A DNA stretch of 64,000 bases from NCBI RefSeq assembly GCF_006345805.1, contig NC_043000.1:99014001-99078000 (forward strand), in the 5' to 3' direction. How positions within the stretch are numbered: position 1 is the stretch's first letter; the number at the start of each line of letters is the position of its first letter. The DNA comes from Octopus sinensis. Lineage: Eukaryota. Under the pieces are notes generated by a model. The model was not told the origin of the DNA, searched no databases, and was given only the letters and a program-made list of their open reading frames with translations. Made by a program: the position numbers and the translations under genes. Of the stretch, positions 25,913 to 40,133 are shown piece after piece.

Positions 25913-26053
25913 GAAGGCGCGTGGCTTAGTGGTTAGGGCATCCAGCTCAAGACTGTAAGGTCGTGAGTTCAATTCCCGGTGACGCGTTGTGTCCTTGAGC
26001 AGGATACTTTATTTCACGTTGCTCCATTTCACTCGGCTGGCAAAAATGAGTAA
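25913..26053 (+). mobile_element. SINE family C, 5' part
   Basis: gaaggcgcgtggcttagtggttagggc (A box)...gagttcaattccc (B box)...gtgtccttgagcaggatactttatttcacgttgctcca. Confidence 0.88.
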
Positions 26054-26191
26054 TAATTATATAAAGTATATAACCATTTACATAATTTCATAATAGACAT
26101 CAGATTCTCTAAGAATCGAAACAGAATTAACTCTGTTTAGTACTCACCTATTATTGCATGTAAAAAAATACATATATGAATACACACACAC

Positions 26192-26238
<47 letters not shown>

Positions 26239-26364
26239 ATATGTCTTTCTCGCCTTCTTTCTGTTTATGCATGCATATAGATATATGTGTGTATGTATGC
26301 ATGAATGCATGCGTGTATGTAGATTTATATATTTATATATACATATACATATGTACATACATAC

Positions 26365-26397
<33 letters not shown>

Positions 26398-26409
26398 TAC
26401 AAATATATT

Positions 26410-26482
<73 letters not shown>

Positions 26483-26846
26483 TATTGTACACTGGGAGAC
26501 AACAGTTTATATGATTAACCGACAGGGATTTATGAATATTTGAATAAATTTTGAGAATTTCTTATGAAATGTCTGTCAATACATTCACGGGAATAATGGA
26601 AACAAACATATTTTATGTAGTTATGTTGATAAACATATATATAAATATTTGCATATATGTTTGCGCATATATGTATATTTGTATAAAGTTGAATGACGCG
26701 GATTTTCAAAACCTCGTGGATATGACTAAGGGCTATTGTATGCTTACACTTGTATATATCTAGATATGTCAATGTTAGCGAAAATGCTAATGTAATAATG
26801 TATATGTTTGCATTAATCTACATCAAATTAAAGAGGTTAGGATCAT

Positions 26847-26916
<70 letters not shown>

Positions 26917-26956
26917 ATATATAATACACATACACACACATATATTATATATACAT

Positions 26957-26987
<31 letters not shown>

Positions 26988-28823
26988 TATATATATGTAT
27001 ATATAATACATACATATATATACATTATTTATATATATATATATATATATAATATCTATATATATATAATATATACTGTGTATGTTATGTATGTATAGTA
27101 TCTATTGAAAATGCGGTTGTATTGTAATTGTAGTTTTAGCTTTTAGTAACGTTATCATTTTGATATATCCGCATGGTTCTCTTACCATTTGAGCAGAACA
27201 GTAAAGTTCCTAACACCTTCATCAGAGCATCTAGACCTCCCTAGTCTCATCTCCAAGCAGGACTAATTTAATAGTAAACTTTTTGATGTATCGGAAAGTA
27301 ACCTCAGCAGTGCAATAAATATTTACACTTAGTTTCTTTATTGAATAATTTTTTGTTTGACTTGAATACTTAAACTTACCCGAGTACACACACATACAGA
27401 CGCACATACACACACACAAACACACACACACCACACACATACACACACACCACACACGCACACACACACACACACACAAAAACACACACACACATACTGA
27501 CATACACACACATAGGCACATATGTATATTCTTCAATTTATATATGCATATTTATAGACAGAGAAAGGGTGTGATATTTTGATAAGTAGATAAACAGATA
27601 AAGAGACAGAGATACAGAGATAGACAGACAGATAGATAGGTACAGATATAAGCATCTATTTATGTACATATAAAATTAAGTACACTTAAAATATTCACAT
27701 GTACATAATCCTACACATTCTATTATGCATACGTATTTGTATAAAATTAATATTAATATTAATATTAATATTAACATATATTATAGCTGGCCTATAATAT
27801 ATATACATTTATCTTTTTATATACCTGCATAATCATATTTACACATACTATTCTATATGCAAACACGCCCGCATAACTTGTATGCATATATATGTGTATG
27901 AAATTTTAAAAAATAATATTTATTGATACAATTCCTAGCTTTGTGGTTCGTATGAATATATTCATAGCAACATTCTTCGTCCTAGTCGATATTGCTTAAA
28001 ATGTGTGTGTTTGAGTAGGAATAAGTGTGCGCATGCTCGCAGTTAATTATTATATGTGTTAACGTAAACGAACGATAAGATTTTGAGCCTGTCTTGAACT
28101 CTGGGTTCTTTTGCCTGAGATAATGAATTTAGAGGTAATATATAGGGGAGTACATGATCTAATAGTAGAGTGAACCAAATTCATTGAAATCAGAACTCGA
28201 ATTTTAATGAACTAGAAAAGCTATATGAGCTGACAGAGTTCCTGAAGCTCTATTGCATAATATTTGCCCACATGATAGCAATTAGCATGCTTTTAATCAC
28301 ATATTTTGAAAAGCAATAATACTGAAACACAATCCCAATTACGTTTAAATTCACATACATACAAGCATACATATGTACACTTATGGGTGTAAGCGCGTGC
28401 ACACACATAAACATATACAAACACATACACACAGAGACACAAATGCACACATACGTATGAGTATATAATGTATACAGAAGAGAATACTGTGACACTCCTA
28501 CACGGAGCTATCTACATTTGTGCTTGTTAATATGTAACTTAGCTTTTACGTTTATATAGTATTGCACCTGCTCGTACAATATTTGCATATCAACCACTCA
28601 TCGATCCTTAGAAATAATTGCAACGATAACACTGTATTACATCATTATATATATATGCATATCTAACTTTCGATCTAAATACACTCCTTGCTTCAACTGT
28701 TGTCTACCTGCCTTTTCTTATACTTAAATAACATTGAATGTTTGTGTATGCAATAAACAACAGGGGGAGCTCTATATTTACATGTGTGTGTGTATACAAA
28801 TATATTTATATATGTATACGTAT

Positions 28824-28900
<77 letters not shown>

Positions 28901-29075
28901 AATATTAGGGAATATATCCAAAATTGTACAGGGAAAAAAAATCAGATTTAGGATTAAATCCAATTTTATAGTAAAATATTATAAAATATTATTTGAGACA
29001 AAACCACTATTTTGCAAAACAAACAAGGAAAGACTTAATCACATAAAATTTAATAATAGAAAAAACAAAAAAAAC

Positions 29076-29121
29076 GCCCACTACAATCGTTTCTTGTCTT
29101 GATCGACAATCTTCAGTGGAC
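29076..29121 (-). ncRNA. Hammerhead-like motif, minimal type I, imperfect stem I junction
   Basis: Minus strand GTCCA-CTGAAGA-TTGTC GATCAA GACAA-GAA-ACGATTGT-A-G-TGGGC. Confidence 0.5.
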
Positions 29122-29383
29122 TTCCATCTAAAAAATCAAAATTTTAAAATATAAAAATATACTTTTAAATATTAAAGTATAAATGAAAAAATAAAGTATA
29201 TAATCCATATATAACCTATATATAATCCATATCGAAAATATAGACTAATTACCACGAATTCCCTAAAAAAAAGATGATAAACAAAACTCTTAAACATATA
29301 ACGATAAAATCTCCCTTTGCTAAACTCTATAACAACCTATAAAGTAAACCCCCTAACCTAAACATTCACACACAAATACACAC

Positions 29384-29504
29384 AAGCTTCTCTGCATCTC
29401 CTCTTTCTCTTCTTCCTACCTCTGTCTCTATAACTCATACGATGTAAAGCGTGACTTGAAATCATCCAATTACCCAGCCGTCATATATATATATATATAT
29501 ATAG

Positions 29505-29555
<51 letters not shown>

Positions 29556-29747
29556 TAATATAATATATATATACGTATATATATGTATGGTATATATATG
29601 GTTCAGTCCGTTGCGTGGCACATTGGGCAAGTGTTTTCTACTATAACCTCGGGCCGTCCAAATCCTTGTGAGCGGATTTGATAGACGGAAACTGAAATAA
29701 ACCTCGTAATATATGCATTATATATATATATATGTATGTATATGTGT

Positions 29748-29804
<57 letters not shown>

Positions 29805-30718
29805 TATATATATATATGTGTGTATATATAACACAGGATATTAATAAAGGTCACTACATATTTAACTTACAACTGTTTCCAGTAATCATTGTAGCTTCGT
29901 TATAGATAGCTTTAATGAATTGGCTCATTGATCGGTTGAGAAAACTTGAACGATCTAAACAAATTAATGCTGCGTCCGTCCACGGATTTACAATATAGAA
30001 TGGTGATGACCTATAACCACGGACCCTTCCAAAAGAATACGCGAAGTTCTTTACTAATCTAAACAATGTTGTACTATCAAAGAGCTTATAAAGGGTATTG
30101 CCTAGATTGATTGTGTGAGTGTGTGTGTGTATGTGTGTATATGTATTTATGTTGTTAGCCTCCTGTACTACCAAAGAGCTTATAAAGGGTATTGCCTAGA
30201 TTGATTGTGTGAGTGTGTGTGTGTATGTGTGTGTATATATATTTATACACACACACATATACACTAGAGAGTTACTCGATATATGATGTTACACCTTTGT
30301 CCATCATGAGTAATATAAGAAATTATGGCATACATACAGTAATTTTAATTTAACTGTCATCAAATTTCTTTGTGATTATACAAAATGAAATAAATACTAA
30401 ATTTCAAAAGCAAAAATATTTAGCAATTTAAAATAATATTAAATAAATCAATTATCTGATTTGCATATTTGCAATAAATATATGCTATCAACTATTCTAA
30501 ATTTTATCAGCCTAATGCAGATCTACTCTATCGAAAATCTATCTCTGCAAAATTTCATTAACATATGTATATTTTTCATGATGTTATAAGACACTCCTCC
30601 TGCAACCCTTACGTTAAGCTTCTCTGCATCTCCTCTTTCTCTGTCTTCCTACCTCTGTCTCTATAACTCAATACGATGTAAAGCGTGACTTGAAATCATC
30701 CAATTACCCAGCCGTCAT
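29384..30718. repeat. ~100-bp direct repeats bracketing ~1.1 kb
   Basis: 29384-29484 and 30616-30718: aagcttctctgcatctcctctttctct...cgatgtaaagcgtgacttgaaatcatccaattacccagccgtcat. Confidence 0.9.
29600..29706 (-). mobile_element. SINE family A fragment
   Basis: This stretch actually reads in the family A forward sense (ggttcagtccgttgcgtggcacattgggcaagtgttttctactataacctcgggccg...gacggaaactgaaa); treat the strand label as uncertain. Confidence 0.6.
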
Positions 30719-32689
30719 TTATATTGGCTATCATCGTCATCATCATTGTTATTATTTAGAGAGAAAGATTGAAAGTGAGGCAGTTGATGGTATACATATA
30801 TATGTGTGCGTGTGTAGATAGATTCATGCATAGATACATACAAATAAAGTTGTGCATCTAGAGTTGACATGACAGAATAGATTAGACATTAGTGTGAACC
30901 ATTCCATTCGTCGAGATTTTTATCGCTTATGAAAGCCTGTTGTTAGATATAAATGCAAAATCCCTAAATTCTGCAAGTGTCAGAACACACACCATCCCCT
31001 GTTTGTAGCGGTTAGTATCCGGAATATTAGGATAGATTGTCCTCCATCAACATAATACTGGAGAAATAGACATAACTGTGTGTCTCTCTCTGTTAGTTTT
31101 TGTGAAAATTACCTAAAATAGCCTCTTCGAAAATGTAATGCATTCCGTATCAAATTTGCCAAATAACAGTGTTTTTCTGTAAAGTTAAGCGAAATAAAGA
31201 CACATTTCCAGCGTCCCTCACACCATTTTTTTGCTTTCACATCTGAGCTCAGCTTTGAGTTACAGTTTAATTGCAGGCTATACAGATGTGGCATGCATAT
31301 GTTTGTATGTGTGTATGCATGCATTTAACCAATAGAGATCATAACTGTTTATAAATATATGCATATATATCGTTATGTAACTGTAAGATTCAAGCATCAA
31401 ATTATATCTTCGATGAGTTAACTCTGGATTCTTTAACGACAATGGGAACTTCATATAATCAAGATATCTTCAGCCTGATACGTAGCAACCTGAGTATCCC
31501 TCGTTGAGTAATTATTACATCGGAGGATTTACATGTTAGGAAACATATGCAGCCTGGATTTTACCTGTTCCACTCACCCAATTTGCATTTTCATATATAT
31601 ACGTACATACATAAACACATACATACATCAGGTGTATATGTGTGTGTATTTGTGTATGTATATATGATTCAAAGGGGGTTTATGTCTACATTAATAATTA
31701 CTGGCGTAAGATCGGTCAAAATGTGAATTGATGAAAGAATTGTAAACAATCTGTTAAAACTCCATTCTTCAGTGTTTGTGTGTGTGTGGGGTATATGTGT
31801 GTGTGTGTGTGTTCTTTTAGTAAAAGAAAAATATCGGTTTAAAATGCAATAATTCTTCGCAGGTATCCAAAATATGATTTCATTATGTGTCACACACATA
31901 CACGTGTATATATTAATTAGTTGTCAACTCTTTTAATTTCATATTCTATTGATTTTAACGTAGTGAAATTATATTTTGGATCCAACCTAAGAATTTTGCA
32001 TTGTATTTTAAACCGATAATTTTTTTCAATTTGTTTTTTCTTTTTCGGAACTTAACCAATGAGAAATAGATGATTTATGTTTGTTTACGTTACATATTTT
32101 GATTTATTGAAATAATTCAATTAATATCAGTCACTGAGCTAATGTTTTCCTCGCCATAGTATTTCTAATTAGATTTTTGATTACCTGCTTTAATCAGGTC
32201 CACCTCTATTCAACCTGTAATAGCAGGTGTTTTTGAAATTATTAGAACCTAGCCAAAAGGTAACTAAAACTCTAGATGTACTTAAATGCACAATATAGAG
32301 AAAAGGATATGATGAAGTACTTTCTGTATAATAAACAAACATCAGATCAAAATAAAATTTTGTAAGTTCCTAAGGTGCACGAAGCTGTAGTAAAAATATA
32401 GGAAATAGTATTTTCAAATTTAGGCACAAAGCCAGCAAGATGGACCCTAATCAATAACATCGGCATCAATACACGACTAGTGATTATTATAGTGAATCCG
32501 AAAGGGTGAAAGGAAAAGTCTACATCGGGGGAATTTGAATTCAGAACGATTCTGCCAGCAATAATATTGGTCTCCCACTAATAATATTTGTTTCAAATTT
32601 TGGCACAAAATGCCGCCATGCTTTTTCTGGCGTGCAAACGATTCAGGCAGATCGCCATTTTAATAATAATAGTAATAATAATAATAATA

Positions 32690-32905
32690 ATACTTTCTAT
32701 TATAGGCAGAAGGCCTGAAATTTGGAGGAGGGGGACAGCCGTTTACATCGATCCCAGTACCCAACTTGTATTTAATTTATCGTCCTCGAAAGGATGAAAG
32801 GTCAAGTTGACCTCGGCGCAATTTGAACTCGGAACGTAGCGACGGTGCGAAATACCGCTAAACATTTCGTATGACGTGCAAACGACTCTTCCAGCACGCC
32901 GCCTT
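32690..32905 (-). mobile_element. SINE family B embedded in (AAT)n
   Basis: gaaaggatgaaaggtcaagttgacctcggcgcaatttgaactcggaacgt...ccagcacgccgcct, with (AAT)n on both sides. Confidence 0.85.
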
Positions 32906-32929
32906 AATAATAATAGTAATAATAATAAT

Positions 32930-33105
32930 ACACCTGCAGGGTCATGCGCTGTTTATCTTGATATAAAATCACTATGTCGCACACATATGGTTGTGATGTG
33001 TCCTTGGTGGACCCTTACCAGACGAGTAGTCATGATGGGTATCGTGTGCTTCGTATATTTTACCCTAGTGTCACTTCGATGGCATGGACTGCTCTCTCAC
33101 TAAAT
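32930..33105 (+). repeat. Dispersed repeat; reverse copy at 51175-51430
   Basis: cacctgca...tcatgcgctgtttatcttga...gtcgcacacatatggttgtgatg...agtagtcatgatgggtat...tattttaccctagtgtcacttcgatg. Confidence 0.8.
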
Positions 33106-33107
33106 AG

Positions 33108-34084
<977 letters not shown>

Positions 34085-34086
<2 letters not shown>

Positions 34087-35225
34087 TATACAGTCAACAG
34101 ATTAGACCGTTGGAAAAGAAAAGAATCCTGACATCGGGCTACAACAAGTTGCCTTAGATGCCAAGAAACCTCTTACCGAGTTACAAGTAACCTTCGATGC
34201 CAAGAACCTTCCTAACTATCCTAGCTGTCCCTAATAACACTGTTTTCTGCAACTGTCCTAAACTGGGTTTTATGCCTATTTCCTCTATCCATCTGTGGAG
34301 TTGTTTAGGGATAGTTCCCAATGCACCTATAACTACTGGGATACATTTTACCCACACTTTCCATTGGCCCTGTAATTCAATGGCTACGTCTTGGTACTTT
34401 GCTATTTTTTCTATACTACTCATATTACTTTTTTCATCATTTGATATTGTAAAGTCAATTATCTGGCACTTTCTATTTCTTTATCTACTACTACCTTCTA
34501 GCTTATGTTACTCTATCAGTTTGGATGTTCCACAACATCTTGTACTTCTTACTTTCTAGTACTTTACGAGGTTCATGTTCATACCGTTTGTCAGTATGTT
34601 CAAATCCTAGCTTTCTACAAAGCTCCTAGTGGATTGCTCTCCATAGATTGTCATGTCTTTTCTTATATTCTTTTTGTGTCATGCTACATTCACTTACTAT
34701 ATGAGTAACGCTTTCCATTTTTGACTTGCATAATACGATTGCGAATATACTTGGTTTTTAGTATATTTAGGCTTCTATCCAATTAGGCCTTATTGGTAGC
34801 GCTATTATTATTTTTCCTTTAGGTTCCTCTTTGGTTTGAGATGTATGTCTTATATTGTTTTTTGTCTTTCTTACTGCCTGGTTTTTCTTTTCCAGTTCTC
34901 TTGTGATCTCTTCTACCTCCAATTTTGTTATCCACTTTCTTCTAATAGCATTAGCTTGATCAACTAATCTCTGCTCAGTCGCTTTAAACATACCCTTCAC
35001 TACCCAAAGTGTTAACATCCATTTTATTGCCTCTTCTTTTAGGTTCACTTCTTTCTAAGTAGCACTGTATCAATATCCTGTTTTCTTGGCTGGTCCATTT
35101 CCTCCTCCTTGATCTATTATCTGCTGATGCCATATAAGGTAGCACTGCCAAGCGAGGGACTTCTGTCGAAGATTGTTGAAAGCATACCAGGTGTAGCCGA
35201 TCCATCTTACTCTGTTCCAAGGCTG
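34085..35225 (-). mobile_element. Dong/R4-clade element, internally deleted (N-terminus joined to CCHC-RLE, no RT)
   Basis: RRRKWTSQENRILIQCYL..SEP / KGMFKATEQRLVDQANAIRR, then about 100 codons later LCKSKMESVTHIVSEC..KRHD and EKIAKYQDVAIE..CIPVVIGALG..LQKTVLLGTARIVRKVL; ends in (TAA)n. Confidence 0.85.
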
Positions 35226-35227
35226 TC

Positions 35228-35620
35228 GCCTTCTAAACAAAATTCTGCATCTTCAATTCCAACGACAAGGCCGTTCTTTTTACGGGTCAGAAACTTGGAG
35301 CGTCACCACAGCTATAACAAGTAAGCTACAGTCCTTTGTCAACAGATACCTGCGCTACATCTTCAAAACCTGCTGGCCGGACAAAATTTCACAGAGAAGT
35401 GTGCGGGACAGAACGAACCAAAGACCCACTAATCAAGAAATTATGAAAAGGAAATAGGACCGGATCGCTCACATTTTAAGGAGACCTCTAAGCAACATTG
35501 CGAGACAAGTGTTAGACTGGCTGCCTGAAGGAAAGAGAAAAGTTTGACGACCTAAGATCTGTAAAGGGTGCGTGGAGGTTGAAGTGAAGTTGCCCAAAAT
35601 TTTATCCACAGGCATGAAAT
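35228..35620 (+). mobile_element. RTE-clade LINE 3' fragment
   Basis: IFNSNDKAVLFYGSETWSVTTAITSKLQSFVNRYLRYIFKTCWPDKIS...IAHILRRP...RQVLDWLPEGKRK. Confidence 0.88.
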
Positions 35621-36134
35621 TGTCGCGACATTATGCTACTTACAGAGTAATGTAGCCTAACTTAACCTCCATCCCTCGTAACAGCAGTGGTTTCTGAATG
35701 AGACACAGTACCTGAAATGTAAAAGGTTAGAAAGTATAATCAATTACATCGACTTCTATACTTGACTGGTACTTTATTTTATCAACCCTAGAGGGGTCAA
35801 ATGCAAAGTTTATCCCAGCAAGAACTGAACTCAGAATTTTAAGTGAAACGACGAAATATTAATTTATCAACTCCTTTACTTTTGTAGCAATCAAATATTT
35901 TATTTTACCAACGCCTAGGAAGGATCAACGGGCAATGTAGATGTTAGTATTATCTGATGCAGGTTAATGTTACGTTTCATCCTTTCTAATACTAATATTA
36001 TCATAACGGTAATATAATCAACCATGAAACGGTATAACATCATGTAAATATCAGGTCTAGTTTGTTCTTAGACCATAATAACATAACTGAATGTTTTGCA
36101 TATTATTTACTTCGTAATTTTTTGTCTTGTTACA

Positions 36135-36329
36135 TTTCTTCTTCTTCTTCTTCTTCTTCTTCTTCTTCTTCTTTCTTCTTCTTCTTCTTCTTCTTCTTCT
36201 TTTTCCCCATCTTCTTCTTCATCTTCATCTTCTTCTTCTTCTTCTTCTTCTTCTTCTTCTTCTTCTTCTTCTTCTTCTTCTTCTTCTTTTTCTACTTCTT
36301 CATTTCTTCTTCATTTTCTTCTTCTTCCA

Positions 36330-36362
<33 letters not shown>

Positions 36363-36364
36363 AT

Positions 36365-36395
<31 letters not shown>

Positions 36396-36420
36396 TGTAG
36401 TAGTAGTTGTTGCAGCTGCA
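36135..36420. repeat. Compound (TTC)n-(ATT)n-(AGT)n microsatellite
   Basis: Direct reading. Confidence 0.98.
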
Positions 36421-36664
36421 GCTCGCAGGAATTTGGTGTTAATATGTTATCAATAGTTTATTGTTCTTATAGCAGAATGGGAGAGTCATGTGATGTAAAT
36501 GAAGTGCGTATAGAAATTATTTTCCGAATATTTTCGGTATATCATATAGTTTTCTGTTATCTAACAAATAATCCGAGGGTATGTGTATGCACGTGAGTGT
36601 CTATGTGTCTAAGCATGTATGAATGAATGAATGACTGTACACTTATAAATATATATACATATAT

Positions 36665-36665
36665 C

Positions 36666-36702
<37 letters not shown>

Positions 36703-37635
36703 ACATCATCATCATCATCACCATCATCTAATGCCTGTTCTTCATGCCGGTATGGGTTCGACGGTTTGACAGGAGCTGGCCAGCCGAAGAGCAACCCAGA
36801 CTCCATGTCTTTTTTGACATGGTTTCTACAACTGGATGACCTTCCTAACGCCAGCCGCTTTACAGAGTGTACTGGGTGCTTTTGCGTAGCAACAGCAGGG
36901 GTGCCATTTGCGTGGCACAAGCACCTACGAGGCTGCAAGATTAGGGGCACTCCGCTGGAGATATGCCTGCATGCAAGGGCAACCACGATTTTACTTGGCT
37001 TGACGTGTCTTCTCAAGCAAAGCAAACCGCTCGGAGTCTCATCACCCAGTCATCCCCTCTGTGAAGCCCAGCATCTGAAGATACATCTTCCTCCACAAGT
37101 AGAGATCAGCACCTCTTGTCTTCATTCATGCGTACTGCATGACCGTAGCAGCGCAGTTTTCTCTCTGATACTTTGTCTACCCAGTTTTTCTCTCAAATCA
37201 CTTACACTTTGTCGTATATGCATACTGATATAACCCATCGAACAGAGCATGCTGGTTTCATTTCCTCCAAGCCTTTGCATATCCTCAGTAGCCACAGCCC
37301 GTGTCTCACTGCCACGAAGCGTAGCTGTTTTAACAAAGATATCATACAATCTGCCTTTCACTCTCCGGGAGAGGCTCTTCGTTACTAACAAAGGTAGTAG
37401 CTCTCTGAACTTTGCCCAGACAATTCTTATTTTAGCAGCTATGCTTAGGAACGACTTCCACCACTACTAATTTGGTGACCTATGTAACGGGAACTGCCTA
37501 CAACTTCTAAGGATTCCCTTCCCCCGATATTTGAGGGAGTCTACTTTCTCTGTTATCTCTCCACCACATTTGAACTGAGTACATTGTATGGAGCTTCTCC
37601 CAACTCCTTTTGTACATATCGAGCAGGGTGATCTT
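36665..37635 (-). mobile_element. RTE-clade LINE 3' fragment with (GAT)n tail
   Basis: PCSICTKGVGRSSIQCTQ...WAKFRELLPLLVTKSLSRRVKGRLYD...LRGSET...LREKLG; 3' UTR ggcgttaggaagg.catccag; (GAT)n tail at 36665-36730. Confidence 0.9.
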
Positions 37636-37684
37636 ATATTCAATTAAACATTACTTCGCTTGCTGTGGGGAGTTTTATCTCTCT

Positions 37685-38157
37685 TGTCAATACATAGAAC
37701 GCGTGCTTTGTGGGTAAAGAGTCTTTGACTCTTATATTAGGAATGCTGGTGCTCCTTTCACCCTTAGTCACTTTTAGTGACGGCAAATTATTTCCTTTGT
37801 GGTTTCAGATTGCGTGAAGCCACTCTAGTTATTTTATAATTTTCATATTACCAATTTACTGAACCAGACATTGATTCCAATGGTAAGTTTTATAAATACT
37901 GGATTTTTACTTCACCACTAACGATGGAATATCACTGGTGAGCATTAATTTTACGCGAAATTAGCGCGCTAATCTGATACCCTCGCTTTTTGAGGGAATT
38001 TTATTCCCCTTGTCAGTCAGTACATAGAACATGTACTTTGTGGCTGAAATATCTTGGGGTATTATTTTTAGAAATGCTGGTGGTCCCTGCACCTTTAGTC
38101 ACTTTCAGCGGCGGTGAATTATTTCCTTTTTGGTTTTAGATTGCGCTAGGCACTTCA
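37685..38157. repeat. Diverged tandem duplication, period ~325 bp
   Basis: tacatagaac..gt.ctttgtgg...gaaatgctggtg.tcc.t.cacc.ttagtcacttt.ag.g.cgg..aattatttccttt.tggttt.agattgcg at ~37690-37825 and ~38018-38157. Confidence 0.8.
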
Positions 38158-38305
38158 ATTATATGTACACACACATACACACACACACACACACACACAT
38201 GCACACACACGAAGTAACATTTAATTAAATTCATTATTTTAAAGCTAGTTTACGAATCATAACAAGACATTTCTTAACCATTTGAATCACTACTCAGAGT
38301 AGAGT

Positions 38306-38359
<54 letters not shown>

Positions 38360-38410
38360 CTCATACATACATACATACATACATACATACATACATACAT
38401 AAATACATAC

Positions 38411-38815
38411 ATGGCTGTGTGGTAAGTAGCTTGCCTACCAACCACATGGTTCTGGGTTCAGTCCCACTGTGTGGTATCTTGGGCAAGTGTCTTCTGCTAT
38501 AGCCTCGGACCGACCAATGCCTTGTGAGTGGATTTGGTAGACGGAAACTGAAAGAATCCTGTCGTATATATGTATATATATATGTATGTGTATGTATATG
38601 TTTGTGTGTCTGTGTTTGTCCCTCTAGCATTGCTTGACAACCGATGCTGGTGTGTTTACGTCCCCATCACTTAGCGGTTCGGCAAAAGAGACCGATAGAA
38701 TAAGTACTGGGCTTACAAAGAATAAGTCCCAGGCGGGGTCGATTTGCTCGACTAAAGGCGGTGCTCCAGCATGGCCGCAGTCAAATGACTGAAACAAGTA
38801 AAAGAGTAAAAGAGT
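38411..38815 (+). mobile_element. SINE family A, near full length and young
   Basis: Head, central microsatellite and complete 3' module ending gaaacaagtaaaagagtaaaagag. Confidence 0.95.
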
Positions 38816-38833
38816 AATACATACATACATACA

Positions 38834-38864
<31 letters not shown>

Positions 38865-39499
38865 GTGCATGTATTAATAATGGCATTTATGTAAGCTTAA
38901 AGCATATGGCAATCGCCGTGCAATGACTAAAGAAAATAGTCTATTAGTCAATTTTTCTTGGACTAACAAACCTATGGTTAGCCCGACGCTATTATAGAAC
39001 ACATTTCCCTGAGGTGCCACCATGTACTTGGGAAGCAACCGCAAGGTGGCTCCTGGTATATATGTGTGCTTGTATGTTCTATTATGCTTTTATAGATTTC
39101 CTCGCCATACGGTGGCTGTACAGGTGAACGACCTCTAAGGTTTTTGTTGATCATAAAAACTCATATCAGGATTTATGTCAGTCACATATTTTTTATCAAA
39201 CATTTATTAGTCTTACCGCTACGTTATGGCATATAGAGTCACGACATAAAGAACAACGGTTTTGAGGGAGATGTAAATAGGAATAAAGGCTCACACTCAT
39301 ACCTGTATTTGTGTACATACATATCTATATACGACTCCTTCACTCATCATCTATTTACGTATTTATCTATCCATTTACATTTGTGAGTGGGTGAATGTGT
39401 GTGTGTGCATGTGCGCCTGAGTGTAATTATATATGTGTGTGTATGTGTGTGTATTCATATATATGTGTGTGTGTATGTGTATGTGTGTGTATGTATCTT

Positions 39500-39767
39500 A
39501 GATGGTCTCTCCCGCCGGAGACAACGAATGAACGACCTGCACAAACGATTTGTTTACAGTGATCAAACGTTCGTGCAGTACATTAACTCAGTCTCTCCAT
39601 CAAATCGACGTTGTCTTCACGGGTACACTGTAAACCATGCGTCAGGTGTCGAAGTGATCGCATAGCAACGTGTTTTGTTCAAGTACTCAACACATCACGC
39701 AGTCTAGGAACTGACATCACGACCGCTAGTGAGCGTGCAGCACCTAACCACTAAGCCACACGCCCTT
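39500..39767 (-). mobile_element. tRNA-derived SINE, family C-like head
   Basis: Minus strand aagggcgtgtggcttagtggttaggtg (A box)...gtgttgagtacttgaacaaaacacgttgct. Confidence 0.7.
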
Positions 39768-39769
39768 AC

Positions 39770-39891
<122 letters not shown>

Positions 39892-39895
39892 TACA

Positions 39896-39926
<31 letters not shown>

Positions 39927-39934
39927 CTATACAT

Positions 39935-39970
<36 letters not shown>

Positions 39971-40133
39971 TATATATATATATATATACATTATGGAGAT
40001 GTACTTGCATTACAAGTGATTTGATCTGAGATCGTTTGCTGAAACGAAAACAATTGCAGCTTGAAAGGTGTTTGTAAGCCATTTAAGAAACACACAAAAG
40101 CCGTTCAATTCACTTCAACATTTAAGTTTAATT

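Noticed and set aside
36609-37470. 138-155-aa ORFs
   Set aside because: Alternative frames and 3' UTR of the RTE element.
39090-39125. Possible 28-nt micro-exon ISSPYGGCT with a phase-1 donor
   Set aside because: Cys spacing does not fit the class B ectodomain, and such AG/GT pairs are common by chance.
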